From sequence record JALIHJ010000106.1: 28,987 nucleotides of DNA; one strand, written 5' to 3'. Made by a program: the position numbers and the translations under genes. Below are positions 8,818 to 19,010 of this stretch, piece after piece. Numbering within the stretch: position 1 is the stretch's first letter; the number at the start of each line of letters is the position of its first letter. The notes under the pieces were generated by a model. That model saw only the letters and a list, made by a program, of their open reading frames with translations, was not told the DNA's origin and did no database searches.

Positions 8818-9789
8818 TTGCCGCATTGGTACTCGTTTAGTTTATCGAATTATTGCTTCAATGATATAATCACAAAAGCTTCCCTTAGATCTTTAAAAAC
8901 CAGTAATTTAGTAGTCAATAATTTGCCTAGTATCGGCCAACTCGCCATTTACCGCTCAAGACCTGGGCGGCATCCCCGAATAAATCTTTTAAACTGTACT
9001 GGTTATTGGAGTAAATTGTATTCCTTAAACGTCAAATCTCCTAACTCACTGGGTCGTTACAATGGGGCAACCATTAATAACTTTGCGGCTTTTTTAAGGG
9101 CGCAAGCTATACAAAAATCTCGGGGTTCGGGCCTTAGATCGGCACGGCCGCGTTCTGTTTCTATTAACATCAAAGTTCGGCAGAGTTTGTATTTGCGTTG
9201 ATATCGGTTGAATTATAATTTATTGTTCTGTAAACGATTTCGTAACAAAAAACTCAATAAAATTTTTAATTCGTCATTTGGGGGTTCATTTCTTAAACAA
9301 AAGATATTAACTGAGCTAAACATTGTTAATGTTTTGCTTAGATCACATTTTATTTATTTATATACAGACGCTGTACGGTGTGTTCAAGCACAGTTAGTAA
9401 CGGTTAACGGTTCTGTTGTTTCGGATGTTAACTACTATTGTAAGGAATTTGATCGCGTTTCTTTTATAATCTCTAAAACTTATTTTTCTTATTTTAGGTC
9501 TATTTTCAGCTCTTCTATCTCAAAAGAGTATAGGGCGACATATTACTATTACTCAAACTCGCGGTTACAGGCTAAAAAGTTTAAAACCCCTAAAATTAAA
9601 AACCCAAAGTGGGCGCGTAAGATACTTTGAGAAAGGGCCGATATCCCCAAATACCTGGAAGTTGACTTTTTAACTATGACGTCGGTAATTGTCTATGAGC
9701 CGCGCCGATCGGCCGATTTTTTTATATATTTTAATAAATATCACAATTTGCCGACCAGGCGTATGTTTAATTGAAAATATTTATATTAA
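8818..9789 (+). CDS. rps4: ribosomal protein S4-like portion of the same frame (S4 RNA-binding domain); 5' boundary uncertain
   Basis: 'LNIVNVLLRSHFIYLYTDAVRCVQAQLVTVNGSVVSDVNYYCKEFDRVSF' matches the S4 domain 'RLDNVV.R.GF..SR.QARQLV.HGH..VNG..V.I.SY.V..GD.I'. Upstream, 'SRPGRHPR' resembles the S4 N-domain 'APGQHG.RK'. The frame ends at TAA 9787-9789 after reading through TGA at 9199, 9628 and 9772. Confidence 0.5.
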
Positions 9790-9800
9790 GGTTTTTTGGG

Positions 9801-11126
9801 GTGAACAAAGATTTATTTAATTATTGAAAACCAAGCACTAAATTTGATCTTAATAATCTTAAAGATGTAAAAAATTTTAATTTGAATTTTGGGCCTCAAC
9901 ACCCAGCATCTCATGGAGTTTTACGTATGGTTTTACAGATGCGTAGTGAAGTTCTGGAGAATATTGACACACACATAGGTCTGTTACACAGGGCATCAGA
10001 AAAACTTATTGAAGATAAAAATTATTTGCTAGGCTTACCATATTTTGATAGGATGGATTACGTTTCCGTTTTAGCGCAGGAGCATGCGTACTGCTTAGCT
10101 ATTGAAAATTTAATGGGTACAGTTAATTACCAAGCGGAATACGTGCAGGTTCGAGTTATATTTGACGAATTAACCCGTATTTTAAACCATTTAATGGCTG
10201 TAGCCACCCACTCCCTAGACGTTGGTTGTATGGCTTCCGTTTTTTGGGGGTTTGAGGAGCGCGAAAAAATTATGGAATTTTATGAACGCGTCTCGGGTGC
10301 TAGAATGCACGCTGCATTCTATAGGCCTAATGATCTATCAATAAATTATATTACTAAAGAGTTATTGAAAGACATATTATTATTTTCCAGAAATTTTTTG
10401 AAACGAATTGCAATGATTGAAAGCAAGCTAAACATGTCTAGTATCTGAAAGTACCGATTAGCGGGGGTAGGGTCGATTACCCCGGATTTTTCCGCTAGTT
10501 GGGGTATGAGTGGAGTTTTATCTCGCTCAGCCGGTATAAAACGAGATATTAGGCTTTCGTATTACGAGACCTATGCTAATTATTATTATTTAACGATACG
10601 TAGTTTTATAGGTTACAACGGCGACTGTTACGATAGATACCTAATCCGTATGCGGGAAATGGTGGAAAGTGTTCATATAATCCTACAAATCGCTAATAAG
10701 TTGAATCTTAATTTTTATGATTCGAGTGTCTATACAACTAAAAAAAGTAATACTTTATCGACTTTTACGAATAATTTCTTCGGTTATATTGACAACGTTA
10801 CGTCTTTCGCGGTTAAACCGCTGCGTAGATCTAACCTTTTTTCGTGGTACATTAATATGGAGGATCTAATTAATCATTTTAAATATTATAGTGAGGGTTT
10901 ATTAGTACCGAAAGGTATTTCCTACAGCTCTATTGAATCACCGAAGGGTGAGTTCGGCGTTTCATTAGTTTCGGATGGTTCAAACAAACCTTATAGGTGT
11001 AAGGTCCGTCCAGCCTCTTTTTATCATTTAGAGGCCCTAGCTACCATGTTGCAGGGTCATTTTTTTTCTGATTTGATTACAGCTATAGGATCACAAGATT
11101 TAGTCTTGGGGGAAGTCGATCGGTAA
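9801..11126 (+). CDS. nad7: NADH dehydrogenase subunit 7 (49-kDa subunit)
   Basis: Conserved matches are '[19 protein letters not shown]', '[27 protein letters not shown]' and the C-terminal 'ESPKGEFGV....[18 protein letters not shown]'. Track ORFs 9882..10448 and 10506..11126 join through TGA 10446. The start is GTG 9801 or TTG 9771; the latter would overlap the previous ORF. Confidence 0.93.
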
Positions 11127-11128
11127 TA

Positions 11129-11452
11129 ATGCGTTATAATTTTCGAAACAGGGCACAACGTTCATTAATAAAACAGTATTTATTTCGTATCCGCTATTTA
11201 CGCGTTAACTTAAACCGCGTATTTTTTAGTTTATTGTCTAGAAATATGTATATTTCTAATCAAACTAAAGCTTTAGCGGCATTTCAGCTGGCCCGACTAC
11301 CGGTGTATTCTTCTGTAGGGCGACATAAAAATATATGTCTTTTAACGGGTCGTACAAGGAGTGTTAACAATTTTACTAGGTTAAGTAGGTTGGAAATGCG
11401 GGAACAGGTCTATAATCTTCAATTGCCGGGTATAGCGGCGGCTAGGTGATAA
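11129..11452 (+). CDS. rps14: ribosomal protein S14
   Basis: 'CLLTGRTRSVNNFTRLSRLEMREQVYNLQLPGIAAARW' matches S14 'C..TGR.R......LSR...R..A..G.LPG..K.SW'. The terminal W is TGA 11447, followed by TAA at 11450-11452. Confidence 0.85.
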
Positions 11453-11460
11453 ATATAAAA

Positions 11461-11850
11461 ATGAGCGGTAATTTATGGTTTAATCAAGTTATAGTTTCGT
11501 TAATTTTAGCGTACCGCCATAAAAAAAAATTTATCCGGATCCGTTATTTCCCGAAAATTACAGGTTTACTAGATATATTGTTGGGTATTAATTACATATC
11601 AACGTACCGTATTTATGATTCGTCGGTAACGGTTTTTTTAAGGTATCCTAACTTACGTCCCGCCTGGTCTGGGGTAAAGATCTATAATAAGCCGTCCAGG
11701 CCTATTACCATTACCTCTGCTGCTGTTCGGCAAGTATTTCGGTATAACCGTTCTTACGTGGCAATAGTTGCGTCACAGGTGGGTTTGATAACCACCGATG
11801 ATATGATCCGTAGAAATATCTCAGGTCGCCTTTTGTATTTATTTTTCTAA
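11461..11850 (+). CDS. rps8: ribosomal protein S8
   Basis: '..SGVKIYNKPSRP......VAIVASQVGLITTDDMIRRNISGRLLYLFF' parallels S8 '..RVSRPG.R.Y.......G.GI.IVSTS.G.MTD..AR....GGE.L..V'. The start is ATG 11461, with an alternative GTG at 11446. Confidence 0.75.
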   Translation: MSGNLWFNQVIVSLILAYRHKKKFIRIRYFPKITGLLDILLGINYISTYRIYDSSVTVFLRYPNLRPAWSGVKIYNKPSRPITITSAAVRQVFRYNRSYVAIVASQVGLITTDDMIRRNISGRLLYLFF

Positions 11851-12030
11851 GGGTTACCGTGTTTAAACAAACATCTAAGTTATACAAGGTGATAAAGGGG
11901 GGTTTAGAGGATTGGTTAAATTCCTTTCATTTTGCGGAACTGCATACATATGGATGATTTAGGGTTATTATTTATTGTTCAATGACTTTAATAGTCATAT
12001 TTTTTCTTTAACAAAGTTTATTTAGTGTAG

Positions 12031-12103
12031 GTTCGGGTAGCTCAATTGGTAGAGCGTAAGACTGAAAATCTTAAGGTTGCTAGTTCAATTCTAGTCCCGG
12101 ACA
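12031..12103 (+). tRNA. trnF(GAA): tRNA-Phe (anticodon GAA)
   Basis: Acceptor stem is GTTCGGG/CCCGGAC with one G-U pair. The D arm is GCTC-AATTGGTA-GAGC. Anticodon stem TAAGA/TCTTA carries the loop CTGAAAA. The T arm is GCTAG-TTCAATT-CTAGT. Confidence 0.9.
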
Positions 12104-12114
12104 CGGGTTTTTAT

Positions 12115-12384
12115 GTGTTTTCGAAAATATATAAATTATTAAAAGTATCTAGTATAAAACCGTCTAATAAGCAGAAGTCCCGCGTATGGTTGGCTAAAGA
12201 TTTGCGGCAATATAAATTCGAATACTTTCAAATAATTTCTTATTTATCGGGCAGAAACTGGCCTTTAAGTAACCATCAAATTGATACCGAGGAGTTGGTT
12301 TTAAAAAAATTTTCCCGCGCTTTTGTTATGTTATTTATTGTTTATTCGGTTGGTTATAGTATCTTTGCGACTTTTTTGATATAA
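12115..12384 (+). CDS. hypothetical protein (89 aa)
   Basis: This is the 3' part of track ORF 12046..12384, trimmed to GTG 12115 because its 5' part lies over trnF. It has one C-terminal hydrophobic helix. No family was recognised. Confidence 0.3.
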   Translation: MFSKIYKLLKVSSIKPSNKQKSRVWLAKDLRQYKFEYFQIISYLSGRNWPLSNHQIDTEELVLKKFSRAFVMLFIVYSVGYSIFATFLI

Positions 12385-12392
12385 GGGTTTTA

Positions 12393-12671
12393 GTGGTGTC
12401 TCAATATTTTAGTTCGATGGATTCATTTCGTTTGGAGGAGATCTGGTTATATTTCTGGACTCATGTAACATTAAATTTTTTTTTTATAATGCATTTTTTT
12501 TCTGTTAAATTTTTTAAATACAAAATCGATTCCAAAAATCGGATTTTGCGGAATTATAAAATATCTGAGAGCTCGCGCACTGTTATTGGTTCTATTAAAT
12601 CAACCTTGTCTGGTGATTTTTCCTCATCTGTGCGTTTTAAATATTATTTATCATCACTACAGTCGAAGTAA
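12393..12671 (+). CDS. hypothetical protein (92 aa)
   Basis: GTG start and TAA stop, packed between neighbouring ORFs with 8-nt and 2-nt gaps. No family was recognised. Confidence 0.3.
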   Translation: MVSQYFSSMDSFRLEEIWLYFWTHVTLNFFFIMHFFSVKFFKYKIDSKNRILRNYKISESSRTVIGSIKSTLSGDFSSSVRFKYYLSSLQSK

Positions 12672-12673
12672 TA

Positions 12674-13576
12674 ATGCATACAATAAATGATCGTACTTAT
12701 AGCGTTAATTTTGTCGATAGTTTACCCATTGCCAGCACTAAAATTAAATGTACAGGTCTTCCGTATTATGTTGAAGTTCGGTGACTTACAATAGCCCCCG
12801 CGATCGCCTATACTATGCGATCTTATTATTTTTATAAGTTAACCGAGTTTTTCCAAAAAAATTTATTATTTGGGGATCAGGCTATTCGGGTTATGTACAG
12901 GAACTACCGGTACTACTGATCATTATTCGTCGCTTCCCATGATTTCTCTTTTTATTACAAATTAATTAAATTAACTTTAAAAAAATTTAACAGTATTACT
13001 GAGGGGCCACTTTATAACCATTATGTAAATAATAACGTATTAGCTCCCAACCATTTTTTAACCGATAATGAGTTATCTAGCTCGTCACCCGTAAAAAATT
13101 TAGGGCATCAATTTCAGCGGATCCGCTGGGCTTACAGTAAAACCCAATATGTGGAGCCGTTCCCGTATGATAAGCCGTTGGAACTAGATCGTGAGGGTGT
13201 TTTGACTAAATTTTTGGATTTTGGGAAAAATACTTATACTATCCACTTTTTACGGGTTCAACGGCGTTATAACAAGCGGCGGTATTCTAAAGTTAGAGCA
13301 ATATCCCGGCCATCGTTTTTTGCGGGTATTTCCTTAAGTTCCATACTAGTCGCCAATTTCTGGAATGCTTCAATAAAAATGGTTGATTGAAACACGGCAC
13401 TTCCCGTAGTAATTGATGTTAATATAGCATTAACTGTTATTTTGTTATATTGCTTTTTTCGGGTTCTACGGGTATCTGACATTACCACATTTGTCCGTAA
13501 ACGTGGTAAAGTAAAAATTATTAATTCTCTTAACAGGTTATTAACAACCAAAGTAATTAAATATATTTTATCGTAG
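12674..13576 (+). CDS. hypothetical protein (300 aa) with a basic 'RVQRRYNKRRYSKVRAISRPSFFAG' segment and a C-terminal TM helix
   Basis: ATG 12674 sits in a 'TAATAATG' junction. The frame reads through TGAs at 12782, 12917 and 13388 (contains track ORF 13151..13390) to TAG at 13574-13576. The minus-strand ORF 13267..13551 is the mirror artefact. Confidence 0.5.
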
Positions 13577-13589
13577 GTTTATTTAGTCG

Positions 13590-14009
13590 ATTCCTTTAAA
13601 TAATACTTATCATATTCAATTAAACTTCTACACAAATTATCGTTTTCATGATGTACAGGAAACTACTACGTTAGAGTTTAAATCATATTGTTCATTGATG
13701 TATCTATTAAACTCAATAAAAAAAAACCCCACTAACGTTAATTTAGGTATTAGTAAGTTGCCGACCAAATCTAGGTATTTCACTTTAGTAAAGGGTCCTA
13801 AGTGTCATAAAGTGGGTAAAATACTGTTATCCCATAAAAATTATCGATTTATTATATGATTTAAGAGATCCGTAAGACCAGGTAGTTTTGACCAGAACCC
13901 GTTAGTTATGTTTAATAAATTACATAGGCTTTATGGTGGTCTGATTAACCCATTTATTGGTAAGCATCGCCTAAAAGCCACCGTGCCGTTTACTATCAGC
14001 TTTCTTTAA
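13590..14009 (+). CDS. rps10: ribosomal protein S10
   Basis: 'KLPTKSRYFTLVKGPKCHKVGKILLSHKNYRFIIW' matches S10 'PLPT....FTVLRSPH..K.SR.QFE.R.H.R.I.I'. There is no ATG; the frame opens after TAG 13584, so the start is probably ATT 13590 or 13614. The gene is absent from the supplied ORF track because of the non-ATG start and TGA 13859. It ends at TAA 14007-14009. Confidence 0.7.
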
Positions 14010-14017
14010 GGGTTTAC

Positions 14018-15094
14018 GTGTTTACTCTAATTTTAGGTTTTTTGATTTTATATATGCTGCAGGTTTTTTCCCTATTAAAGGGCTTATTACTGGTTTGGGT
14101 ATCATTTTTATTTTTGTTTCTTCAAGTTCTGTTTTTTACAACATGTGAGCGTAAAATTTTAGCGTTAACCCAACGCCGCATTGGACCACGTGTGGTAGGT
14201 GAACGGGGTCGTTTGCAATACTTAGCGGATGCGTTAAAATTAATAGCAAAATTGTATATGGGACCCCGAAAAGTAAATTCTTTATTTTTTCAGGGTGCTT
14301 CCATTGCTGCCTTTTGGTTAAGTTGATACGGTTTTAGTAATTTAACCTTTAATTACGGCGAAGATATTATGGAAGTTGAATATAATATTTTTTTTGCGAT
14401 CTGTTGTTCCCTGGGTTTTAGTATTGCTTGGTTAGTGGGTGGCTGATCATCAGTTTCAAAATATGCGTTAATGGGTTGTATTAGAGCTTCGGCGCAGGTT
14501 ATATCGTATGAAGTTCTTATGAGTAGCGTTTTTTTAGGTTTATTTGCGATTACCGGGACCTCGAATTTTGAGATGTTTATTGATTATCAACAAGCATTCC
14601 CTTTATTTTTAATTGTCCCCGTTTTGGGTATTATAACTTTCGTTGCTACTTTAATGGAGAGTAATAGACCTCCCTTCGACTTATCGGAAGCAGAATCAGA
14701 CGTAGTAGCTGGTTATAATGTTGAGTATGCTGGGATTTTATTTGGTCTGTTTTATTTGGGTGAGTATATCAATTTGTTTACCAACTCGTTTCTTATAGTT
14801 ATTTTATTTTCTGGCGGCTGGTGACATTTTTTTTGATACTTTTCACAGTTTATTGATATAATGGCGTATTATGTGTCTCAGTATAATTTAGCCATACAAG
14901 TTAATTACCCGCTCTTCTATAATATTGCAATAGATCAAATGTATCTGTATACTTCTAACTATTACTATTCGTTTAGAAATATTTTTTATTTTATTTATCT
15001 TAGCCAAGAATACCAATTTTCGTTTTTTTCTTCTGTTGAACCAGCCTCCCTGTCTTATCGGTTGGGGGTTGTGAGTTATAATGAAATTTACTAA
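14018..15094 (+). CDS. nad1_a: NADH dehydrogenase subunit 1, N-terminal piece of a split gene
   Basis: Conserved matches are 'ERKILALTQRRIGPRVVG..G.LQYLADALKL', 'GGW(TGA)SSVSKYALMGCIRASAQVISYEV' and 'NRPPFDLSEAESDVVAGYNVEYAG'. Track ORFs 14018..14326, 14471..14824 and 14861..15094 are one frame. The 'PR.RYDQ' helix is missing here, replaced by a ~90-aa non-conserved tail. Confidence 0.9.
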
Positions 15095-15141
15095 CGTTTA
15101 TTTAATTTATGCCACAAATATATGCTTGACAATCGAATTTT

Positions 15142-16677
15142 ATGTATTTTGATATAATTTTATTTATGCATTTATTTATATACAGTTCTATAGTGATAAT
15201 TATCTTTACAATATTGTATATATTCTTTATGGGTGTTAATATTATCCCACCCAAGTGGCGCGTGTATAGTGAGGTCAACTTTAAGTCTTTTACACTATTT
15301 ATCACCTCGTTGTTTAGTATATATTTTTTTATTTTTTCAACTTTTTTATATCTTTTTATATTTAGTAACCTATCCATAAGCTCAGATTATTGTGGGGGTA
15401 CGTCATTGCAAGTTTTTTTTGATTCGATTGTTATTAATTTTTCTAACACCTATGAGTTTACTTCGGTTTTTAGCATAACTTTTTCTAAGTTCAGCCTAAT
15501 ATTTTTTTTACTTTTTTGTTTTCTTTACCCAATAATTATTTCTTTAATGGGTATTGATTACTCACCCTCTAGTTATAGGTTTTACAGTTATATGATTTGT
15601 GTTTTTTTTTTATCGTATTATTTGTTGATGGTTGAGAATATTTTATTATTCTATTTTATTTATGAGATAATCCTTATACTCGTTTTTGGTGCCATGTACA
15701 ATACATCTAATTCAAGGGGAAGTGTTGAGGCAGCTATTTTTTACATTGGTTGGGCTATTTTGGGTTCAATTTTAGTAGGTTTAGGTGTGGTTTTAGTTAT
15801 TACTTTGTCGGGATCCACCACGTTCTCCAGTCTAAGGGAAAATTCCTTAACCCACAGCGAGGTTTATTATATATACATGTTGTTTTTTTTTGGGTTTGGG
15901 ACTAAACTTTCTACCTGACCCTTTTGGTATTGATTACCCAAGGCTCATGTCGAAGTTTCTACTGGTATGTCTGTTTTTTTAAGTTGTATCCTGATAAAAT
16001 TGTCTTATTTTTGTTTATTTCGTTTTCAGTTTGCTTTATCGTCCGAAATTCCCTTTAATATATGTATTGTTGTTACATTTTTGGGTGCTATTGATACTAT
16101 ATTTCGGTTTATAAACTTAAAGGATTTGAAGGCTATTATTGCATACAGTTCTGTATTGCATACAAATCTTTTGCTAGCTCTAGTACATCTTGATACATTT
16201 AAGGTTATACACGGTACTGTTTTGTATGTTTGAGGTCACTCTTTAGCGACCGCAAGTATTTTTATAGCTGTAAATTTAATCGAATCCCGTTACAGTTCTA
16301 GGAATATTATGCAAGTCTCGGGTTTGTGATACACGACCCCCCTGTTGGGGTATTTAACTTTGTGGAGTATTGTGTTTTTTTTAGATTTACCTATTACATT
16401 GTTCTTTTGGGGTGAATTATGATTGTGAATTATTACTTGTAATGCGTTACCGTTCGTTGCGCTCCAAGTTTTATTTTTATGTAATGTAATTTTTATAAGC
16501 ATTTTTTTTAAAATATGGTGGGGTGTTTTATTCGGTTCCCCCGATTTAACGGTTCAAAAAATTAATTCCGTCGAGTTTAGGGAGCTTATTTCTTTACTTT
16601 TGTGGGTTATTTTTATTCAATTTTTATTGGGTGTTCAACCTTCAATACTTACAACGTATGCGGGTTATATTTTTTAG
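15142..16677 (+). CDS. nad4: NADH dehydrogenase subunit 4
   Basis: 'W(TGA)PFWYW(TGA)LPKAHVEVSTGMSVFLS' matches nad4 'WLPKAHVEAPT.GS..LA'. 'AYSSVLHTNLL' matches 'AYSSV.HMG'. The frame joins track ORFs 15142..15918 and 15967..16233 and continues to TAG at 16675-16677. Confidence 0.85.
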
Positions 16678-16689
16678 TGCGGTGGTACT

Positions 16690-17907
16690 ATGACACACTT
16701 CGAAATACTTAAGAGTAAGATGCTGGTAGCCTTTTTCCCCATGTATGTAAGACCTTCATTGATTGGTGGATCTATAGTCTTGTGATTATACGTAATACAA
16801 GTACTATCGGGGGTATTACTAGGATTAGTTTATTCATGAGTATTTGATACAGGATTACCGGGTGTAATCTTTTTCTGGTGAGAAACTTTTTATGGATCAT
16901 TTTTAGGTCGTATACACGCTGAATTCGGTAATTTAGTCTTTTTTTGGTTGTATATACATATTTTAATTAAAATATGGTCCAGCGCATACCAGGCTGAGGC
17001 TGATCATACCTGAATTTCGGGTATCGTTATAATGATTTTTACGTATGTAGCGGGCGTTACCGGGGCCATAATGCCCTGTTCCATACTTTCGGAAGTTACT
17101 GCCACCGTCATTGGGTACTCAATAAATTCTTTATCTTTCGTTAAATTCGATTTTTTAGAAACGTTGTTAATCCCCGGTCTGGGGTTAACTGACGATAGTA
17201 TGTCGCGTGTATTCATTGTACATGGCTTGTTTCCGATATTGGGTTTATTAGTAGCTGCTGATCACATCGCTAACTTACACTGCACGGAATATACTGATGA
17301 AGACGAGATGGAGACTATTTTTTTAATTCGTTTTGAATATTGAGACTCGTTTGTTTGACTAGAAGTAGGGTTTTGGTACGAAACATTACTGGCTTTCTTG
17401 TTTTTCCGGTTTACCGCGGATTTTTTTTGGCCGGATTATATGACTATTAGTTACGCCCAATCAAACTTTGAGTATTGGCCTATAACCGAGGATATTGATT
17501 TTGCGTTAGCAATTCCTCACTGGTATCTCCGCCCGCTAATGGGTTCCTTGGTAGTTATACCCCACCATTATCTAGGTTTCTTCTATATTATTGTATGTTT
17601 TTTACTTATTTTTCTTTTACCTTGGCTCGAGGATACGGGAAGTTTATCGCAACCCGCAGTAGTTTCTGATTATTTACAAGTCCAGTTTCCTACCGAAATG
17701 AATATAATTACCTCTTATATGTATTCCATGTTTGCCCTACTATTGGTATTTACGACCTTAATTGTACCTACCGGTAAATATTTTATCGCCCTAGGGAGTA
17801 GTGAGGTATTAGTTTTTACATTATGATTTATTATTACGTATCTATTATTGTTTTTACGTTTGGGTTCTTATTTATCGCAGATTTTTTTGTCCTCTACTTC
17901 CTGGTAA
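16690..17907 (+). CDS. cob: apocytochrome b (divergent)
   Basis: 'RIHAEFGNLVFFWLYIHILIKIW' matches 'R..H..GAS.FF...Y.H..RG.YY'. 'VTGAIMPCSILSEVTATVI' matches 'GY.LPWGQMS.W.ATVI'. 'RVFIVHGLFPILGLLVAADHIANLH' contains the heme-ligand histidines. 'PHWYLRP' matches 'PEWYFL'. ATG 16690 lies 12 nt after nad4; the stop is TAA 17905-17907. Confidence 0.85.
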
Positions 17908-17924
17908 GTTTATTATTGTTATAA

Positions 17925-18959
17925 GTGGTCGCATTATGTATACATCTAACATTTGTCTATATAGTATATAAATATTACATTATTAATTACCAAGTCTGGT
18001 CGGTTACTAATTTTTTCATGATATTTTACATGATTGAAATATTTTTATTTTTAGCGTATTTTGATGATGAAATTTATATCTCGTTTTATTTCTTATTTTT
18101 CGGATTTTTTTGGATGTGTTTGTGCTTATCTTTTATTGTTTATTTTTTTACAAAAATGATCTGCATGTTTGGTATGATATTTTCCAATAAAACCTTAATT
18201 TGGTGGGAGTCGTTAATAGATGGGTTAATAAACAAATTTTATACCTCATTAACTGTGCGGTTTCCCGTTAAACACCCTTTAGATCAGTCGTGGTATGGGT
18301 TTCAACTTAAACCCCGGAAATACAGGTTTTTTTGGTGGGTTTCCCTCTTATTCTCATTGACTAATATTATATTATGCTGTTTGGGTACATATTCAGTAAT
18401 CGGAGCGTTCAACATACAATTTTTCGAGCTGGCATTATATATAGAGCTTCATTATTTTTGATTGTTGTTTATTTGGGTGTCGTATAGGTTTATTAAACAA
18501 GTTCTAATTTCATGATATTTCGGCACCAATAATATTTTATTATTTAACTGATGGATGAGGTTTGACGATGATTCTGGTTTTTTAGATTATATTTACTCTG
18601 ATCAGTATGTGATTGAAGAAATTATTTTAAGCCAACAAACTAAGGGGGTTGAGGGACACCAATTTTTATCTGATATGGCTAATAACGGTGTTATTGACCC
18701 AAATAATCCCTGTGCCCTTATGTCGTGGGATAACCCCGACACTTACGGTCGTTTTTATTTACCGGTTTCATGAGTAGATTATTTTTCGGAGGTAACTGAT
18801 CGCCCCGTTTCCGGTAAATTTACGCGGATTTTAGCTCGTTACCGCGATACTTTTACTTATTATATACTGGTTCCGTCCGCCCTTTTTAAACCGTGGATCG
18901 ATGTAGACAACTTGCCTGATTCTCCTTATTATGAAAAAAATTTGCGCAGGTTTATTTAA
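17925..18959 (+). CDS. hypothetical protein (344 aa): N-terminal multi-TM half, acidic/aromatic soluble C-terminal half
   Basis: GTG 17925 directly follows in-frame TAA 17922. Track ORFs 17925..18461 and 18555..18773 join through TGAs to TAA at 18957-18959. No family was recognised. Confidence 0.5.
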
Positions 18960-19010
18960 TTAATTCCCAAAAAGCAATCGTTTACAACATACTTTATCTC
19001 TAGTATATTA

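Noticed and set aside
4520-9714. GC-rich perfect palindromes, CTCCCGCGGGAG (~4521-4532) and GCCGATCGGC (~9705-9714), as possible mobile GC clusters.
   Set aside because: Both lie inside open reading frames. I saw no flanking direct repeats or additional copies, and two isolated short palindromes are not enough to call an element.
12046-12114. 5' part of track ORF 12046..12384.
   Set aside because: It lies on top of a canonical tRNA-Phe cloverleaf (12031-12103). The ORF was trimmed to GTG 12115.
14861-15094. Track ORF 14861..15094 as an independent small gene.
   Set aside because: It is in the same frame as nad1_a with only TGA codons between them, so it is treated as the non-conserved tail of nad1_a.
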